Assembly (NCBI RefSeq): GCF_030867145.1
Contig: NC_134414.1
Span: forward strand, 22,870,810 to 22,934,809
DNA length: 64,000 nucleotides
Direction: 5' to 3'
From: Opisthocomus hoazin
Lineage: Eukaryota
A model generated the notes under the pieces. That model worked only from the letters and a program-made list of their open reading frames with translations, did no database searches and had not been told where the DNA came from. Within the stretch, counting starts at the first letter, position 1. Each line of letters begins with the position of its first letter. The position numbers and the translations under genes were made by a program. Below, one piece after another: positions 61,488-64,000 of the stretch.

Positions 61488-64000
61488 CTGAAAGTAAACA
61501 TAATTTTCATGGTCAACCTATCATTCTTAGAACTTAAAACATTCCAATTTACTCCATGAAAATAAAAATTTCCAAGTTTCAAAATTTTCCATTGATTACA
61601 AAAACGTACAAGGAACAAAGTTAACTATACTCCCGTTTTTATAAAGTCAAAGTAATAATAAATTCAATACAGCAATGCTGTACATTTTTGCATAATGCTA
61701 AAGGTTAAATATCACAAGTTTCACTTATCAGATGCAGTGAAGTTTCCAAGTAGTCATGTGATCAACTGCAAATTAATCTGTCTTACACATTGTTTTTCAT
61801 TAATGAGAAGCATATTTACATTTTAACTGTAAATAAAGAGGTCTTATTACAGAATTGCCTAAAGGCCATGGTTCAGTAATACAGTCAATCTGGCTTCATG
61901 ACTCAAAAACGCTTGTGTTGATTGGAAATCAAGCTCTGATGTGTTATATTATAGCACATAAACTAAATCTGCCAGTTCATCTCTCTTCAAATAGTTTTGA
62001 CATAACTTGGTGGTGATACATATTTTGATAAATGATACCATGCTATTGCTATGTCAGTTCAGACACTGATCATCCTTTTGAAACCAGCATAAAATGTAGT
62101 ATCAACATAAACTATGTAACTGCATTTAAAGTACACAGACAAATAACATGACAAACTGATCCAGATTCAGTTGATCACTCATCCAACAGCAAGAGTTCTG
62201 ACATTACTGATCATGAACCACGGCCTGCTGTGAAATAATACTCAAAAGATAGTACCCAGAGTGGGAAAAATCATCACTTAGGGGAAAACAAAGTAAATCT
62301 ATCACAGATAATTCCAAGGTATTTTAGTATTGTTGTTTACATCAAAAGGATGAAATAGAAACAAATTCACAGTACAAAATGAAACTAATGAAACAGACCA
62401 AAAATTTTTTCTCATAAATTTTCTGCAAGAATGTTAATGTATATTTCACAAGTGAACACACATGTGCTGAGAATAAGCATATGCAAAAAAAATTTACCTG
62501 ATTCTGAAAATCATTTCACTTATGACTTAAGAGCGTAAGTTCAGATGCACTTTGAAAACAATTCCATATACTAGGAAACTGAACCAGCCTTGCTAAAATC
62601 AACCTTTAAAATTAAATGCTAACCAAGTCAAAATACATTCATAGTATTTTTAGTTTCACAACTCCTTTTCATTCAATCACATCCGGGTTGCCAAACACGA
62701 GTCTTCTATCTTCACACACTTAAAGCAGCAGACACCTCCATTTGACAGAACCGAGTCAGTTGTTTTGTAAAAACACCCTGGTTTGGGAAAATGTCGTAAG
62801 ATACATGACAAAAGGCTCTCAGGTCAGTAACTGTTTCTTGTAACTCATGCTAACCTAGAAAATGTACTTAACATAGGAAAATTCTACACTATTTTCAAAA
62901 GAATATGGCTTAGTGTGGAGAAAAAGCGAGGCCTTGTAACTGAAGGACACAGGCAGGTTTTCAGGTCCAGCTATGAAAGGCCACTGACAAACACACTAAG
63001 GAGGACCTCTTCTGACCCTAGAACCAACGTTCAACTTTTATAACCGAACATCCAACTACTTTGTCAGACCTTTCACAGTAATGTCAACTGACATTTTAAA
63101 TAAAATCAGCAGCCCTGTTAGAATCACTCATACCCATAAACTGATACCAATAAGATAGCCACAAAATCAGTATATAACATTGTTGATACTAGCCTGCTTT
63201 TACACCTCAGCCCTGACATGAAGAAGTGGAAGGAAAAGTGGTGTATCATCCCTAACATCAGTCTCTGGCCCAAGATGGTAGAAAAACACTGTGGCAATCA
63301 GTTTACATCAATCAGACTCTGCATGCACGCATGCCTGCATACATGCATGTGTGAAAACAAGACATGTTACAAACAGCTGTGAGATACTCTTCAGCTACAA
63401 GGGAAAGTACCAGATTTTCAATTACTGCACATACTTACTTGATGCATCTCAGGTTCAACTGCAAGCTGGGGTTTTTTTGTTTGTTTTTTTTGTTTTTGTT
63501 GGTTTAGGGGTTTTGTTTAATGTCAAATGTGCCATATAAGGCAGGGCTGAGTACAACATCATCTAGGTAACAATGTTAAGCACAGAGCAATAAAGCTGTA
63601 CTAGTTACTAGAACTCGTTTTCTTTGCAAAGGACAGAGGCATTGGCAAGCTGTAACATACACTTTATTTAAAAAAAGCACACTACACATCCTCCTAGCAA
63701 TAAGTCACTGTTTCTCAGCTTCAAATGCTACCAGTCTTCCGTTAACAAGAAGTACAAGGGAAGAGAGGGCCAGAACCTGCAGTTTTTGTTTTTTTAGTCT
63801 AGTCTAACCTTTGTAACAAAACCCAAGTAATTACTTGCCATTTTGTAGCTTTAACTTCGGTGTTGAATTATTACCATATAAAAAAACATTACAGCTATAG
63901 ACTCAAGATCCATAAATGGGCCTTATGATCTCTGTTGCTTGTTAACCTACCAACATGCCTACAAGAACTATTATTATTCCTGCTGTTGCATGTTCACAAC

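Noticed and set aside
63380-63470. Possible additional PSPC1 exon on the minus strand with a gtaagt donor (…QLAVEPEMHQ|gtaagt).
   Set aside because: The peptide does not match the expected PSPC1 coiled-coil sequence (…EELRRQQEGFKPNYMEN). It is likely a chance donor-like site in the intron.
1-64000. Whether this is a prokaryotic accessory region with a novel defence or metabolic system (operons, CRISPR, toxin-antitoxin pairs and the like).
   Set aside because: The sequence has spliced exons with canonical GT-AG introns of 0.1-6 kb. It has vertebrate-type CpG depletion. It carries numerous CR1 LINE fragments with their diagnostic 3' motif. It has clear orthologues of vertebrate MPHOSPH8 and PSPC1. 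No dense co-directional ORF packing, RBS-like spacing or repeat-spacer arrays are present.

Overview
This is vertebrate, almost certainly avian, nuclear DNA, not a prokaryotic locus. It contains many chicken-repeat-1 (CR1) LINE fragments and spliced exons with canonical AG/GT boundaries. There are no operons, CRISPR arrays or rRNA/tRNA genes. Two host genes lie tail-to-tail. On the + strand, 13 coding exons (exon 2 to the stop) of MPHOSPH8/MPP8 are read directly from the sequence: a chromodomain exon, a giant 852-nt K/E/S/D-rich exon, three ankyrin-repeat exons and a C-terminal region ending VKLLIGAYRVQLQ*. Exon 1 lies upstream of the window. On the - strand are the last three coding exons of PSPC1 (paraspeckle component 1), a Gly/Pro/Met-rich C-terminus ending GPNKRRRY*. 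Upstream PSPC1 exons lie beyond position 64000. At least twelve CR1 fragments are present. They include two head-to-head inverted CR1 pairs, at 14.9-16.6 kb inside MPHOSPH8 intron 10 and at 30.2-33.1 kb in the intergenic region. About 30 kb separates the convergent 3' ends (about 23.6 kb to 53.6 kb). That space holds a CR1 nest, a 1.5-kb CpG-rich block with a 206-codon ORF of unknown nature, and about 20 kb of AT-rich, ORF-poor sequence. A 175-bp CpG-dense island sits just downstream of the MPHOSPH8 stop codon. No convincing novel protein system is visible; the items worth follow-up are structural and regulatory.
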